Shown: positions 30,873 through 40,196 of the stretch, piece after piece
Position numbering within the stretch: the stretch's first letter is position 1
Layout: each line of letters starts with the position of its first letter
NCBI GenBank assembly: GCA_029884335.1
Contig: JAOUIA010000002.1
Span: 34,474 to 98,473, forward strand
Source: Betaproteobacteria bacterium
Lineage (GTDB): Bacteria > Pseudomonadota > Gammaproteobacteria > Burkholderiales > Casimicrobiaceae
Reading direction: 5' to 3'
Length of the DNA: 64,000 nt
Made by a program: the position numbers and the translations under genes
Notes under the pieces: model-generated
Told to the model about the DNA's origin: nothing
The model's input: the letters and a program-made list of their open reading frames with translations, nothing else
Database searches by the model: none

Positions 30873-32549
30873 GTGATCGCGCCAGCGACGCCGCGCCGCG
30901 CCCGTGCGCTGTCGCGCCGCAACCTGCGGCTCGCGTCGGGGCTCGTGCTGCTCGCGTACGCGGCGACGCACCTCGTCAATCACGCGCTCGGGCTACACTC
31001 GTTTCGCGCTGCGGAGGCGATGTTGCACGTCGCCGTGGCCGTGTGGTTCTCCGCACCCGGCACGCTGGCGCTCTACGGCGCCGCCGCGGTCCACGTCGGG
31101 CTCGCCTTCCTCGCGCTCTACGAGCGGCGCACGCTGCGCATGCCGCCGGTCGAGGCGCTGCGCTACGCGCTCGGCTTTGCCGTCCCGTGGCTGCTGATCG
31201 GCCACGTGTTCGGCACGCGCATCGCGGCCGGCGCCGGCGCGAGCCCCGAGTACGAGCGCGTCGTCTGGCAGATGGTGGTCAACGACCTCGAGTGGCGGCA
31301 GCTCGCGCTCGTCACCGTCGTGTGGGGCCACGCGATGATCGGCGTCACGTTGTGGCTGCGACACCGCGCCTGGTTCGCGCGCTGGTCGCACGCGCTGCTG
31401 GTCGTCGCGTGCCTTGTGCCCATCCTCGGCACGCTGGGCTTCCTGTCGATGGCACGCGAGCTGGAGCTGCGCGCCGACGAGCCGGACAGCATCACCGCGC
31501 AGGCGGGCTACGCATCCGAGGTGGACGAGGCGGTGCGGGCGCGGCTTGCCGCCGCGCGCGAGGGCTGGACGTGGGGCTACCTCGCGCTGCTTGCGGGCGC
31601 GCTCGTCGCGCGGCAGGGCCGCCGCCTCGTCGAGGCGAGCGAGCGCAGCGCCGTCACGCTGCGCTACCCGGAGCGCGAGGTGCGCGTGCCCCGCGGCTAC
31701 ACGGTGCTCGAGGCGAGCCGCGCGCACCGCGTTCCCCACCTCGCGATGTGCGGCGGACGCGGCCGCTGCTCGACCTGCCGCGTGCGCGTCGCGCCGTACG
31801 ACAGCCTGCCGCCTCCCAATGCGGACGAAGCCGCCACGCTGGCGAGCATCAAGGCGCCGCGCGACGTGCGCCTCGCGTGCCAGCTCCGGCCCACGCACGA
31901 CCTCGCTGTGTGGCCCGTCTTCGCCATCGACGGCACGTCTTCGCCCGGAGGCCGGCGCAGCGTCGAGCGCGAGATCGTGGTGATGTTCACCGATCTGCGC
32001 CGCTGGACGGGGTTGGCGGAGCGCCAGCTGCCGTTCGATCTCGTCTACGTGCAGAACGCCTTCTACGCAGCGGTCGGCGACGCCGTCCTCGCCGCCGGAG
32101 GCCTGCCCAACCAGTTCGTCGGCGACAGCGTCATGGCGATCTTCGGCCTCGAGGTCGACGTGGCCGAGGCGTGCCGGCAGGCGCTCGCGGCGGCGCGCGG
32201 CCTCGACGAGCGGATGCGCGAGGTCAACCAGCGCATGTGGCGGCAGTTCGCGCACACGCTCGACTTCGGCGTCGGGCTGCACGCCGGGCCGGCCGTGGTC
32301 GGCGAGGTCGGCTGGCGCGAGACGCGCACGGTCTCCGCCGTCGGCGACACCGTCAACACCGCGGCGCGCCTGCAGGAGCTGACCAAGGCCTACGGGGTCC
32401 GGCTCGTGCTTTCCGAAGTCGTGGCGGAGGGCGCCGGACTCGACGTCTCGCGACTCGAAGCGCACCAGATCGAGGTGCGCGGCCGGCAGGCGCCGCTGGC
32501 CGTTTACGCGCTCCCCGCGGCGGCCTTGCCGCTGGCGCGCCCGGTGTAG
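30873..32549 (+). CDS. Membrane class III cyclase with a 2Fe-2S ferredoxin domain
   Basis: TM region; CGGRGRCSTC...RLAC; FTDLRRWT, NQFVGD and GDTVNTAARLQ. Confidence 0.9.
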   Translation: MIAPATPRRARALSRRNLRLASGLVLLAYAATHLVNHALGLHSFRAAEAMLHVAVAVWFSAPGTLALYGAAAVHVGLAFLALYERRTLRMPPVEALRYALGFAVPWLLIGHVFGTRIAAGAGASPEYERVVWQMVVNDLEWRQLALVTVVWGHAMIGVTLWLRHRAWFARWSHALLVVACLVPILGTLGFLSMARELELRADEPDSITAQAGYASEVDEAVRARLAAAREGWTWGYLALLAGALVARQGRRLVEASERSAVTLRYPEREVRVPRGYTVLEASRAHRVPHLAMCGGRGRCSTCRVRVAPYDSLPPPNADEAATLASIKAPRDVRLACQLRPTHDLAVWPVFAIDGTSSPGGRRSVEREIVVMFTDLRRWTGLAERQLPFDLVYVQNAFYAAVGDAVLAAGGLPNQFVGDSVMAIFGLEVDVAEACRQALAAARGLDERMREVNQRMWRQFAHTLDFGVGLHAGPAVVGEVGWRETRTVSAVGDTVNTAARLQELTKAYGVRLVLSEVVAEGAGLDVSRLEAHQIEVRGRQAPLAVYALPAAALPLARPV

Positions 32550-32563
32550 AATCGGCGCCGACC

Positions 32564-32637
32564 GCGGGTGTAGTTCAATGGCAGAACGGCAGCTTCCCAA
32601 GCTGCATACGAGGGTTCGATTCCCTTCACCCGCTCCA
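32564..32637 (+). tRNA. tRNA-Gly (CCC)
   Basis: gcgggtgtagttcaatggcagaac...gcagc-ttcccaa-gctgc...ggttcgattcc...cccgctcca; 74 nt with encoded CCA. Confidence 0.96.
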
Positions 32638-32681
32638 ACTGCCGCCGTTCCCTTCGCGGGCGGCCACCGGAGCGACGACCG

Positions 32682-33008
32682 ATGCGTGACGCCGGACTGC
32701 CCATCACGCTGATTGTCCTCGGCCTTCTCGGGATCGCCTGGTACTTCCGGCTGTTCCCCGACTTCGATCTCGTCGTCGCCATCGCGCTCGTCGCGGCCGG
32801 CGTGGCCGTGATGGTGTTCGACGGCATCACCAAGTCGTCGGTCGTCATCGGCCCGTTCCTGATCGCCACCGGCATCGCGTGGTGGGCGCACGAGTTCCGC
32901 GACCTGTCGTGGCGCGCGCTGATCCCGGCGCTGCTCGTGCTGCTCGGCGCGCTTATGCTCGTCGCGCGCCGCCCCAACATCCCCGACAAGCGCGCGCCGA
33001 AGGCCTGA
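32682..33008 (+). CDS. Small hypothetical 4-TM membrane protein
   Basis: Hydrophobic 108-aa ORF with typical codon usage. Confidence 0.7.
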   Translation: MRDAGLPITLIVLGLLGIAWYFRLFPDFDLVVAIALVAAGVAVMVFDGITKSSVVIGPFLIATGIAWWAHEFRDLSWRALIPALLVLLGALMLVARRPNIPDKRAPKA

Positions 33009-33072
33009 TGCCGCGCCGCTGGTAGACTGGACAGGCCGGTTTCCCGCCGCGCGGCGACTTGTCAAGAGCAAC

Positions 33073-34065
33073 ATGAGCCCGAAGGGCCGCCCCGAGGGCA
33101 CATCAACCCCGACGCGCGTCAGCGCGGAGGAAAGTCCAGCAAACCTTCCGGCCGCGCCCGCCGCGCCGGCGCACGTCCCGCTGTCCGCCGTCCTGCTGGT
33201 GTGCGGGGCGACGCTGTGCTTCGTGCTGCTCGACTCGATGTTCAAGCACCTCTCGCAGCACCTGCCGATCCCGCTGCTCGTGTGGGCGCGCTGGACGGTG
33301 CAGGCGGTGGCGGTCGCGCTGTGGCTGGTCCCGCAGTCGGGACTGCGCGCGCTGGTGCGCACGCGCAAGCTGACCGCGCAGCTGTTCCGCGGCGCGGTGC
33401 TCATCGGCTCCTCGCTGTGCTTCGTCTCGGCGCTGAAGGTGATGCCGCTCGCCGAGGTGACCGCGCTCAACTACACCACGCCGGTGCTCGTCACCATCCT
33501 TGCCGTCGTCTTCCTCGACGAGCGGATGACGCGCATGCGCGTCGCGTTCGTCGTCGCGGGCTTCGCCGGCATGCTGCTGGTCGTGCGCCCCGGCGGCGAG
33601 CTGTTCCAGGGTGCGGCGCTGTTCGCGCTCGGCTCGGCGTGGTTCTACGCGATGTTCCAGATCACCACGCGCAAGCTCGCCGACGAGGACTGGCGCGCGC
33701 TGCTGTTCTACCCGGCACTGGTCGGCGCGGTCGCGATGACGGTGCTGCTGCCGTTCCTCGACTGGCGCTCGCCGGTCACCCTGCAGGACGGCGCGATGAT
33801 CGTCGCGGCCGGCCTGCTCGGCTCGCTCGGCCACTTCCTGTTCCAGCGCGCGTTCCAGCGCGCGGCCGCCTCCGCGATCACGCCGTTCACGTACGTGCAG
33901 CTCGTGTGGTCCACGCTGGCCGGGTGGATCGCGTTCGCGTCGTTCCCCGACGCTTGGACGCTGACCGGGATGGCGATCATCACCGGCAGCGGGCTCCTGA
34001 TCGCGCTGCACGAGCAACGCAAGTCCAGGACCGCGGTCGCCGCGCAGGCGACGGTCGTGGACTAG
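33073..34065 (+). CDS. DMT/EamA family transporter
   Basis: About 10 TM segments; MPLAEVTAL and SAITPFTY motifs. Confidence 0.88.
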   Translation: MSPKGRPEGTSTPTRVSAEESPANLPAAPAAPAHVPLSAVLLVCGATLCFVLLDSMFKHLSQHLPIPLLVWARWTVQAVAVALWLVPQSGLRALVRTRKLTAQLFRGAVLIGSSLCFVSALKVMPLAEVTALNYTTPVLVTILAVVFLDERMTRMRVAFVVAGFAGMLLVVRPGGELFQGAALFALGSAWFYAMFQITTRKLADEDWRALLFYPALVGAVAMTVLLPFLDWRSPVTLQDGAMIVAAGLLGSLGHFLFQRAFQRAAASAITPFTYVQLVWSTLAGWIAFASFPDAWTLTGMAIITGSGLLIALHEQRKSRTAVAAQATVVD

Positions 34066-34097
34066 ACTCGCCTATTGAACAACCGAGGAGACGCTTC

Positions 34098-35012
34098 ATG
34101 GGCAACCCCCGCATCGGCATGATCGGCCTGGGCCTGATGGGCCACGGCATCGCGAAGAACCTCGTCACCAAGGGCTTCCCGCTCACGGTGCGCGTCCACC
34201 GCAACCGCAAGCCGCTCGAGGACCTGCTGGCGGCGGGCGCGAAGGAGGTGAAGACGAACGGCGACGTCGCGCGCGCCGCCGACGTCGTGATCCTGTGCGT
34301 CACCGGCGCGCCCGAGGTCGACCAGATCGTGTTCGGCGACGACGGCATCGCCGGCGCGGCGCGCAAGGGGCTGGTGGTGATCGACACGTCGACCTCCGAG
34401 CCCGGCACGACGACGAAGATGCGCGAGGCGCTTGGCCCCAGGGGCGTGCGGTTCGTCGACGCGCCGCTGTCGCGCACGCCGGTGGATGCCGAGGCGGGGC
34501 GGCTCAACACGATGGTCGGCGCCGACGAGGCGACGTTCGCCGAGCTCAAGCCCGTCTTCTCCGCCTACTGCGAGAACATCGTCCACGCCGGCCCGCCGGG
34601 GCACGGGCTGGTCCTCAAGCTCATCAACAACTTCGTCGCGCAGGCGATGTGCACGGCGTTCGCCGAGGCGCTCAGCGTGGCGGCGAAGTCCGGCCTGTCG
34701 GTCGCGAAGCTCCACCAGCTGATGTCGGCGGGGCCGATCAACTCGCCGATGTTCCAGATGGTCGTCGGCAAGGCGATGGAAGGCGACCTGACCGGGCTCA
34801 AGTTCACGCTGGTCAACGCCGCGAAGGACCTGCGCTACTACACGCACCTCACCGAGTCGCTGATGCTGCCGTCGATCGTCGGCGAGGCCGTGCACCAGAC
34901 GCTGGTCACCGCGAACGCGCTCGGCTTCGGCGAGAAGTTCGTGCCGTCGCTGATCGAGGCGCAGTCGAAGCTGACCGGGCTCGACGTCCTCGGGCACGCG
35001 AAGAAGAAGTAG
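34098..35012 (+). CDS. NAD(P)-dependent oxidoreductase (3-hydroxyisobutyrate dehydrogenase family)
   Basis: IGLGLMG, DTSTS, FVDAPLSR and LKLINN motifs; GAGGAG SD before ATG 34098. Confidence 0.88.
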   Translation: MGNPRIGMIGLGLMGHGIAKNLVTKGFPLTVRVHRNRKPLEDLLAAGAKEVKTNGDVARAADVVILCVTGAPEVDQIVFGDDGIAGAARKGLVVIDTSTSEPGTTTKMREALGPRGVRFVDAPLSRTPVDAEAGRLNTMVGADEATFAELKPVFSAYCENIVHAGPPGHGLVLKLINNFVAQAMCTAFAEALSVAAKSGLSVAKLHQLMSAGPINSPMFQMVVGKAMEGDLTGLKFTLVNAAKDLRYYTHLTESLMLPSIVGEAVHQTLVTANALGFGEKFVPSLIEAQSKLTGLDVLGHAKKK

Positions 35013-35024
35013 CGGGGCGCTCCC

Positions 35025-35822
35025 GTGGCCGACCTCGACGCCGCGCTCGACTACGCGTGGGAGACGGCGCGAGCCGCGGGTGCGGCGATCCTGCCGCACT
35101 TCCGCGCCTCGCTCGAGGTCGAGAACAAGGACCGCGCGGGCGGCTACGACCCGGTCACCGTCGCCGACCGCGCCGCCGAGATCGTCATCCGCGACCGGCT
35201 GCGTTCGCGCTACCCGACGCACGGGCTCGTCGGCGAGGAGCACGCTCGCGAGGCGGGCAGCGAGCCGTGGCACTGGGTGATCGACCCGATCGACGGCACG
35301 AAGAGCTTCGTGCTGGGCCAGCTGCACTGGGGCGTGCTGATCGCGCTCAACGACGGGGCGCGCCCGGTGGCCGGGGTCGCCTACCAGCCGTTCGTCGACG
35401 AGGCTTTCGTCGCGCGCGCCGGCGGCAGAGCGCAGTGGCGCCGCGGCCGCGAGCGGCGCTGGCTGCAGACGCGCCGCTGCGCGCGCCTTGCCGACGCGAT
35501 CGTCGTGACGACCGACCCGCGCTACTTCGCGCCGCCGCGCGAGGCCGCGGCGTTCGCCGCGGTCACCGAAGGCGCGCGCTTCACCCGCTACGGCGGCGAC
35601 CTCTACTGCTACACGCAGCTGGCGATGGGGCTGACGGACGTCGTCATCGAGACGGGCCTCAAGCCCTTCGACATCCAGGCGCTGATCCCGCTGATCGAGG
35701 CCGCCGGCGGCGCGGTGACGAACTGGCAGGGCGGCCCCTGCCACGACGGCGGCGACGTGCTCGCCTGCGGCGACCGCAAGCTGCACGAGACGCTGGTGAA
35801 GCGCATCGCGGCGCGCGGCTGA
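35025..35822 (+). CDS. hisN: Inositol monophosphatase family protein, probable histidinol-phosphatase
   Basis: DPVTVAD, GEE, WVIDPIDGTKSF, RYGGD and KPFDIQA motifs. Confidence 0.65.
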   Translation: MADLDAALDYAWETARAAGAAILPHFRASLEVENKDRAGGYDPVTVADRAAEIVIRDRLRSRYPTHGLVGEEHAREAGSEPWHWVIDPIDGTKSFVLGQLHWGVLIALNDGARPVAGVAYQPFVDEAFVARAGGRAQWRRGRERRWLQTRRCARLADAIVVTTDPRYFAPPREAAAFAAVTEGARFTRYGGDLYCYTQLAMGLTDVVIETGLKPFDIQALIPLIEAAGGAVTNWQGGPCHDGGDVLACGDRKLHETLVKRIAARG

Positions 35823-36841
35823 TGCGCCTGCTGGTGCTCGGCGGCACGCTGTTCCTCGGCCGCCACGTCGTCGAGGCCGCTCTTGCGCGCGGCCACGACG
35901 TGACCGTGTTCACTCGCGGCCGGCGCGACTTGCCGTGGGGCGCCGATGTCGAGGCGCGCACCGGCGACCGCGATCCGCGCAACGCGCCGGGGCTCGCCGC
36001 GCTCGAGTCGGGCGAGTGGGATGCGGCGATCGACACGACCGGCTACGTGCCGCGCGTGGTCGATGCGTCGGCGGCTCTGCTGGAGCGGCGCGTGCGCCGC
36101 TACCTGTTCGTCTCGTCGGTGTCCGTGTACGCCGACGCCTCGCGTCCCGGTGTGAACGAGGATGCCGCCGTCGCGGCGCTCGACGATCCCGCGAGCGATG
36201 ACGTGCCGAAGCACTACGGCGCGCTCAAGGCGGCTTGCGAGGGCGTCGTGCGCGAGCGCTTTGCGACGCGCGCCACGATCGTGCGCCCCGGGCTCATCGT
36301 CGGCCCGCACGATCCCACCGACCGCTTCGCCTACTGGCCCGCGCGTTTCGTGCATCCGCGCCTGCTCGGCGACCGCGCACCGCAGGCCGTCGTGCCCGCG
36401 CCGCGCGAGCGCCCGATCCAGGTGATCGACGCGCGCGACCTCGCCGCGTGGATGGTGGCGCTCGTCGAGCGCGATGTCTCCGCGACGTTCAACGCGACCT
36501 CGCCTGCGGGACGCTGGAGCTTCGGGGACCTTGTCAATGAGTGCATCGCAGTCGCGAGCGCGCCGCCCGAGCCCGTGTGGGTCGACGATGCCGCGCTCGT
36601 CGCGCACCACGTCGAGCCGTGGACCGGCCTGCCGCTGTGGATCCCGGCGACCGACGCGGACGCGGCGGGCTTCATGGCCGTCGACGTCTCGCGCGCGCAA
36701 GCCGCGGGGCTTGCGTGCCGGCCGCTCGCGGACACCGTGCGCGACACGGCGGCGTGGCTGGCCGGGCGCGACAACGCAGCCGCGTGGCTGAATGTCCTGA
36801 CCGACGCTCGCGAGCGGCTGATCCTCTCGGCCCTCCGTTAG
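35822..36841 (+). CDS. NAD-dependent epimerase/dehydratase family protein
   Basis: LVLGGTLFLG, YLFVSSVSVY, YGALK and RPGLIVGP motifs. Confidence 0.88.
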   Translation: MRLLVLGGTLFLGRHVVEAALARGHDVTVFTRGRRDLPWGADVEARTGDRDPRNAPGLAALESGEWDAAIDTTGYVPRVVDASAALLERRVRRYLFVSSVSVYADASRPGVNEDAAVAALDDPASDDVPKHYGALKAACEGVVRERFATRATIVRPGLIVGPHDPTDRFAYWPARFVHPRLLGDRAPQAVVPAPRERPIQVIDARDLAAWMVALVERDVSATFNATSPAGRWSFGDLVNECIAVASAPPEPVWVDDAALVAHHVEPWTGLPLWIPATDADAAGFMAVDVSRAQAAGLACRPLADTVRDTAAWLAGRDNAAAWLNVLTDARERLILSALR

Positions 36842-36864
36842 CGACCCGAAGCGCGACGTCAGGC

Positions 36865-37389
36865 TTACTCCGCGGCGAGAAGCGCCAGCGGCAGCGCGGT
36901 GGTGTCCTTCACCGTCTCCAGCACGAACGACGACTGCACGTTCACGACGACAGGCAGCGCGAGCACCTTCTCCATCAGGAAGCGCGAGTAGTGCTCGAGG
37001 TCGGGCACGACCACCTTGAGCAGGTAGTCCCACTGGCCCGAGAGCGCGTGGCAGGCGAGCGCCTCGGGCCACTTCATCACGGCCTTGCGAAACGTCGAGC
37101 GCGCGTGCTCGGCCTGCTTGTCCAACTGCACCTCGAGGTGCGCGGTGAGGCCTAAGCCCAGCTTGCGCGCATCGAGCACCGCGGCGTAGCGCGCGATGAC
37201 GCCCGCTTCCTCCAGCCGCCGCAGCCGGCGCAGGCAGGGCGCGGCCGAAAGTGCGACCTGCGGGGCGAGGTCGGCGACCTGCATGCGGCCGTGCTCCTGC
37301 AGCAGCTCCAGCATGCGGCGGTCGGTGCGATCGAGCGCGGGACGGGCTTCCTGGACAGTCATCGTGCGTGAAGACGGGTTAGTTTGCAT
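36865..37389 (-). CDS. Lrp/AsnC family transcriptional regulator
   Basis: LDRTDRRML..LQEHGR, LRRLRRLEEAGVI and GQWDYLLKV motifs; divergent from hppD. Confidence 0.92.
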   Translation of the reverse strand: MQTNPSSRTMTVQEARPALDRTDRRMLELLQEHGRMQVADLAPQVALSAAPCLRRLRRLEEAGVIARYAAVLDARKLGLGLTAHLEVQLDKQAEHARSTFRKAVMKWPEALACHALSGQWDYLLKVVVPDLEHYSRFLMEKVLALPVVVNVQSSFVLETVKDTTALPLALLAAE

Positions 37390-37536
37390 GAATCATGCGC
37401 CGACGGACTAATACACGCAACTAACGAACCCCCGCAGGCGACTCCTCGCCCCTACGATCGCGCACTTCCGGCCCCGGGCGCACAGCCCGCAAGCCGCCCA
37501 AGACGGCGCCGGAGCCACCCTTCGACGGAGACAGGC

Positions 37537-38616
37537 ATGACCACGCCGCGCCAGGACCTCTGGGAGAACCCGCTCGGCACCGACGGGTTCGAGTTCATCG
37601 AGTACGCCGCGCCCGATCCCGCCGCGCTCGGGCGCCTGTTCGAGACGATGGGCTTCACGGCGGTCGCGAAGCATCGCAGCAAGAACGTGCTGCTGTACCG
37701 CCAGGGCGAGGTGAACTTCGTCGTCAACGCGGAGCCGGCGAGCTTCGCGCAGTCGTTCGCGCGCGTGCACGGCCCGTCGATCTGCGCGATCGCGTTTCGC
37801 GTGAAGGACGCGGCGCACGCCTATCGCTCGTGCGTGGCGAACGGCGCGTGGGGTGTCGAGGCGCAGCCGGGGCCGATGGAGCTCGCGATTCCCGCGATCA
37901 AGGGCATCGGCGATTCGCTGATCTACCTCGTCGACCGCTATCCCGGCGCGGGTGGGGCGAACGTGTCGATCTACGACATCGACTTCGTGCCGCTGCCGGG
38001 CGTCGACCTGCACCCGAAGGGCGCGGGGCTCACGACGATCGACCACCTCACGCACAACGTCCACCGCGGGCGCATGGGCGAGTGGGCGAACTTCTACGAG
38101 CGCCTGTTCAACTTCCGCGAGGTGCGCTACTTCGACATCGAAGGCAAGCTCACGGGGCTCAAGTCGAAGGCGATGACCTCGCCCTGCGGCCGCATCCGCA
38201 TCCCGATCAACGAGTCCTCGGACGACCGCAGCCAGATCCAGGAGTACCTCGTCGACTACCGCGGCGAGGGCATCCAGCACGTGGCGCTCGGCACCGACGA
38301 GATCTACGCGACGGTGGAGACGTTGCGCGCGAAGGGCGTGCCGTTCCAGGACACGCTCGACACCTACTACGAGCAGCTGGCCACGCGGCTGCCGGGGCAC
38401 AAGGAGGACACCGAGCGGCTGCGGCGCAATCGCATCCTCCTCGACGGGGCTCCGGCCAAGAACGAGATGCTCCTGCAGATCTTCACGAAGAACGCGATCG
38501 GCCCGATCTTCTTCGAGATCATCCAGCGCAAGGGCAACGAGGGCTTCGGCGAAGGCAACTTCCGCGCGCTTTTCGAGTCCATCGAACTGGACCAGATCCG
38601 CCGGGGAGTGATTTAG
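37537..38616 (+). CDS. hppD: 4-hydroxyphenylpyruvate dioxygenase
   Basis: DGFEFIE, IDHLTHNV, GEGIQHVA, FFEIIQRKG and GFGEGNFRALFESIE motifs. Confidence 0.96.
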   Translation: MTTPRQDLWENPLGTDGFEFIEYAAPDPAALGRLFETMGFTAVAKHRSKNVLLYRQGEVNFVVNAEPASFAQSFARVHGPSICAIAFRVKDAAHAYRSCVANGAWGVEAQPGPMELAIPAIKGIGDSLIYLVDRYPGAGGANVSIYDIDFVPLPGVDLHPKGAGLTTIDHLTHNVHRGRMGEWANFYERLFNFREVRYFDIEGKLTGLKSKAMTSPCGRIRIPINESSDDRSQIQEYLVDYRGEGIQHVALGTDEIYATVETLRAKGVPFQDTLDTYYEQLATRLPGHKEDTERLRRNRILLDGAPAKNEMLLQIFTKNAIGPIFFEIIQRKGNEGFGEGNFRALFESIELDQIRRGVI

Positions 38617-38894
38617 GCAGGGGCCGACTCGCTCTCGTCGCTGCCGTTTCCCGTGACCCCCGGGGCCGGTCGGGCCAGGCCCGGCCCTGGCCGTTCATGC
38701 TGGGGCCGGCCGGAGCGGGGCGACTTTTTCCCCAAATTGGCGCAGGATGGGGCTTGCAATTGTTGCGCCGCACCCAAACCCGGGGTAGAAAGGGCATCGC
38801 GCCCCTCGTCGAATGCAACCCCGTGGCAAAAGGGGGTGCATTGACGGGCGGTTTCTGTTACAGTTCAACGCTTTGCCGAAGCACCCGAAGGTCA

Positions 38895-39980
38895 GTGCTC
38901 ACTCCTCTCGGATTCTCGCTCCTGCGCCAGCTTTCGGACGGCGCATTCCACTCCGGCGAAGACCTCGCCGCGCGAGTGGGGTTGACTCGCGCCCGCGTTT
39001 CGCAACTGCTGCGCCAGGCCGAGACCGCGGGGCTGTCCCTCGAGCGGGTGCGCGGCCGCGGCTACCGGCTGATGACCGCGCCGGACTTCCTCGACGCCGC
39101 GCGTGTTCGCGAGGCGCTCACCGACTACGGCGTCAAGCTCGCCACGAACGGCCTCTCGCCGCTGCGGCCGCAACTGCAGGACGACGACAGCGCCATCGGC
39201 ATGGACGTCGTCGCCGAGATCGCCTCGCGTCCCGCAATCCACCTCGAACTCGTCGACCAGCTCGACTCGACGTCGAGCGAGCTGCTGCGCCGCGCGCCGC
39301 GCCGCGACATCCACGGCGCCGCGCTGGCTGCCGAGTGGCAGACCGCGGGCCGCGGTCGCCGCGGCCGCGCCTGGACCGCCGTGGCCGGCGGCAGCCTCAC
39401 GTTCTCGCTGGGTTGGCGGTTCGAGCAGGGCGCGGGCTTCCTCGCCGGACTCTCGCTCGCCGCGGGCGTTGGCGCGATCCACGCGCTGGAAAAGGAAGGC
39501 CTCTCGGGCGTCGAGCTCAAGTGGCCCAACGACCTCATCTACCGTCACCTCAAGCTCGGCGGCATCCTCGTCGAGCTCAACGGCGACGCGCTCGGGCCGA
39601 CGACGGTGGTCGTCGGCCTCGGCCTCAACGTGCGCCTGCCGCGCGAGATGCGCCGCGACATCGCGCAGCCGGTGACGGACCTGCAGTCGGTCGCCGGGCG
39701 CGGCGCGCCGCCGATCGACCGCAATCGCCTGCTCGCGCGGCTCATCGCCGAACTCGCCGACACGCTGTCGCGGTACGCGAAGGAAGGTTTCGCGCCGTTC
39801 GCCGCCGAGTGGCAGCACCGCCACGCCTACCAGGGCAAGCCGGTGAAGCTGCTGCTGCCCGACGGCGCCGCGGTGATGGGCAAGGTCGCCGGCGTCGACG
39901 CCTCGGGCGCGCTGGTGCTCGCCGACGGCCCGCGCCGCGCGCGCTTCCTCGCCGGCGAGATCTCGCTGCGCCGCGCCTGA
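38895..39980 (+). CDS. birA: Bifunctional biotin ligase/repressor BirA
   Basis: FHSGEDLA HTH, QTAGRGRRGR, KWPND, KLGGILVE and GLGLN motifs; GTG start. Confidence 0.93.
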   Translation: MLTPLGFSLLRQLSDGAFHSGEDLAARVGLTRARVSQLLRQAETAGLSLERVRGRGYRLMTAPDFLDAARVREALTDYGVKLATNGLSPLRPQLQDDDSAIGMDVVAEIASRPAIHLELVDQLDSTSSELLRRAPRRDIHGAALAAEWQTAGRGRRGRAWTAVAGGSLTFSLGWRFEQGAGFLAGLSLAAGVGAIHALEKEGLSGVELKWPNDLIYRHLKLGGILVELNGDALGPTTVVVGLGLNVRLPREMRRDIAQPVTDLQSVAGRGAPPIDRNRLLARLIAELADTLSRYAKEGFAPFAAEWQHRHAYQGKPVKLLLPDGAAVMGKVAGVDASGALVLADGPRRARFLAGEISLRRA

Positions 39981-40194
39981 AATCGGGGTCAGACTCGCAT
40001 TTCGCCACGACCGTGGCCGTACACGAGCTGGCGCAGCACGAAAGTAGGGTCAGACTCGACTTTCCGCCTGCGCGCCATGCGGTGTCCGTTGATTGCGCGA
40101 GGGAATGTGCCGCCTGACCGAACGCTCCCCGGTCTTCGGGAAAAGTCGAGTCTGACCCTCATTTCCTGCGAAACTCGAGTCTGACCCTCGTTTC
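39979..40194. repeat. Four 25-bp GGGTCAGA-core repeats (two forward, two reverse)
   Basis: Units at 39979-40003, 40040-64, 40140-65 and 40170-94. Confidence 0.8.
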
Positions 40195-40196
40195 GG

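Noticed and set aside
32564-32637. tRNA-Gly as an integration site
   Set aside because: No integrase and no duplicated tRNA 3' end were seen in the window.
38841-38864. Sigma70 promoter TTGACG/TACAGT for birA
   Set aside because: The spacer is only 12 bp; an extended -10 is possible but cannot be supported from sequence alone.
39979-40194. 25-bp repeats as a CRISPR array (also 29401-29486)
   Set aside because: Gaps are irregular (about 1-75 bp), orientation flips within each cluster, units are degenerate, and no cas genes are present.
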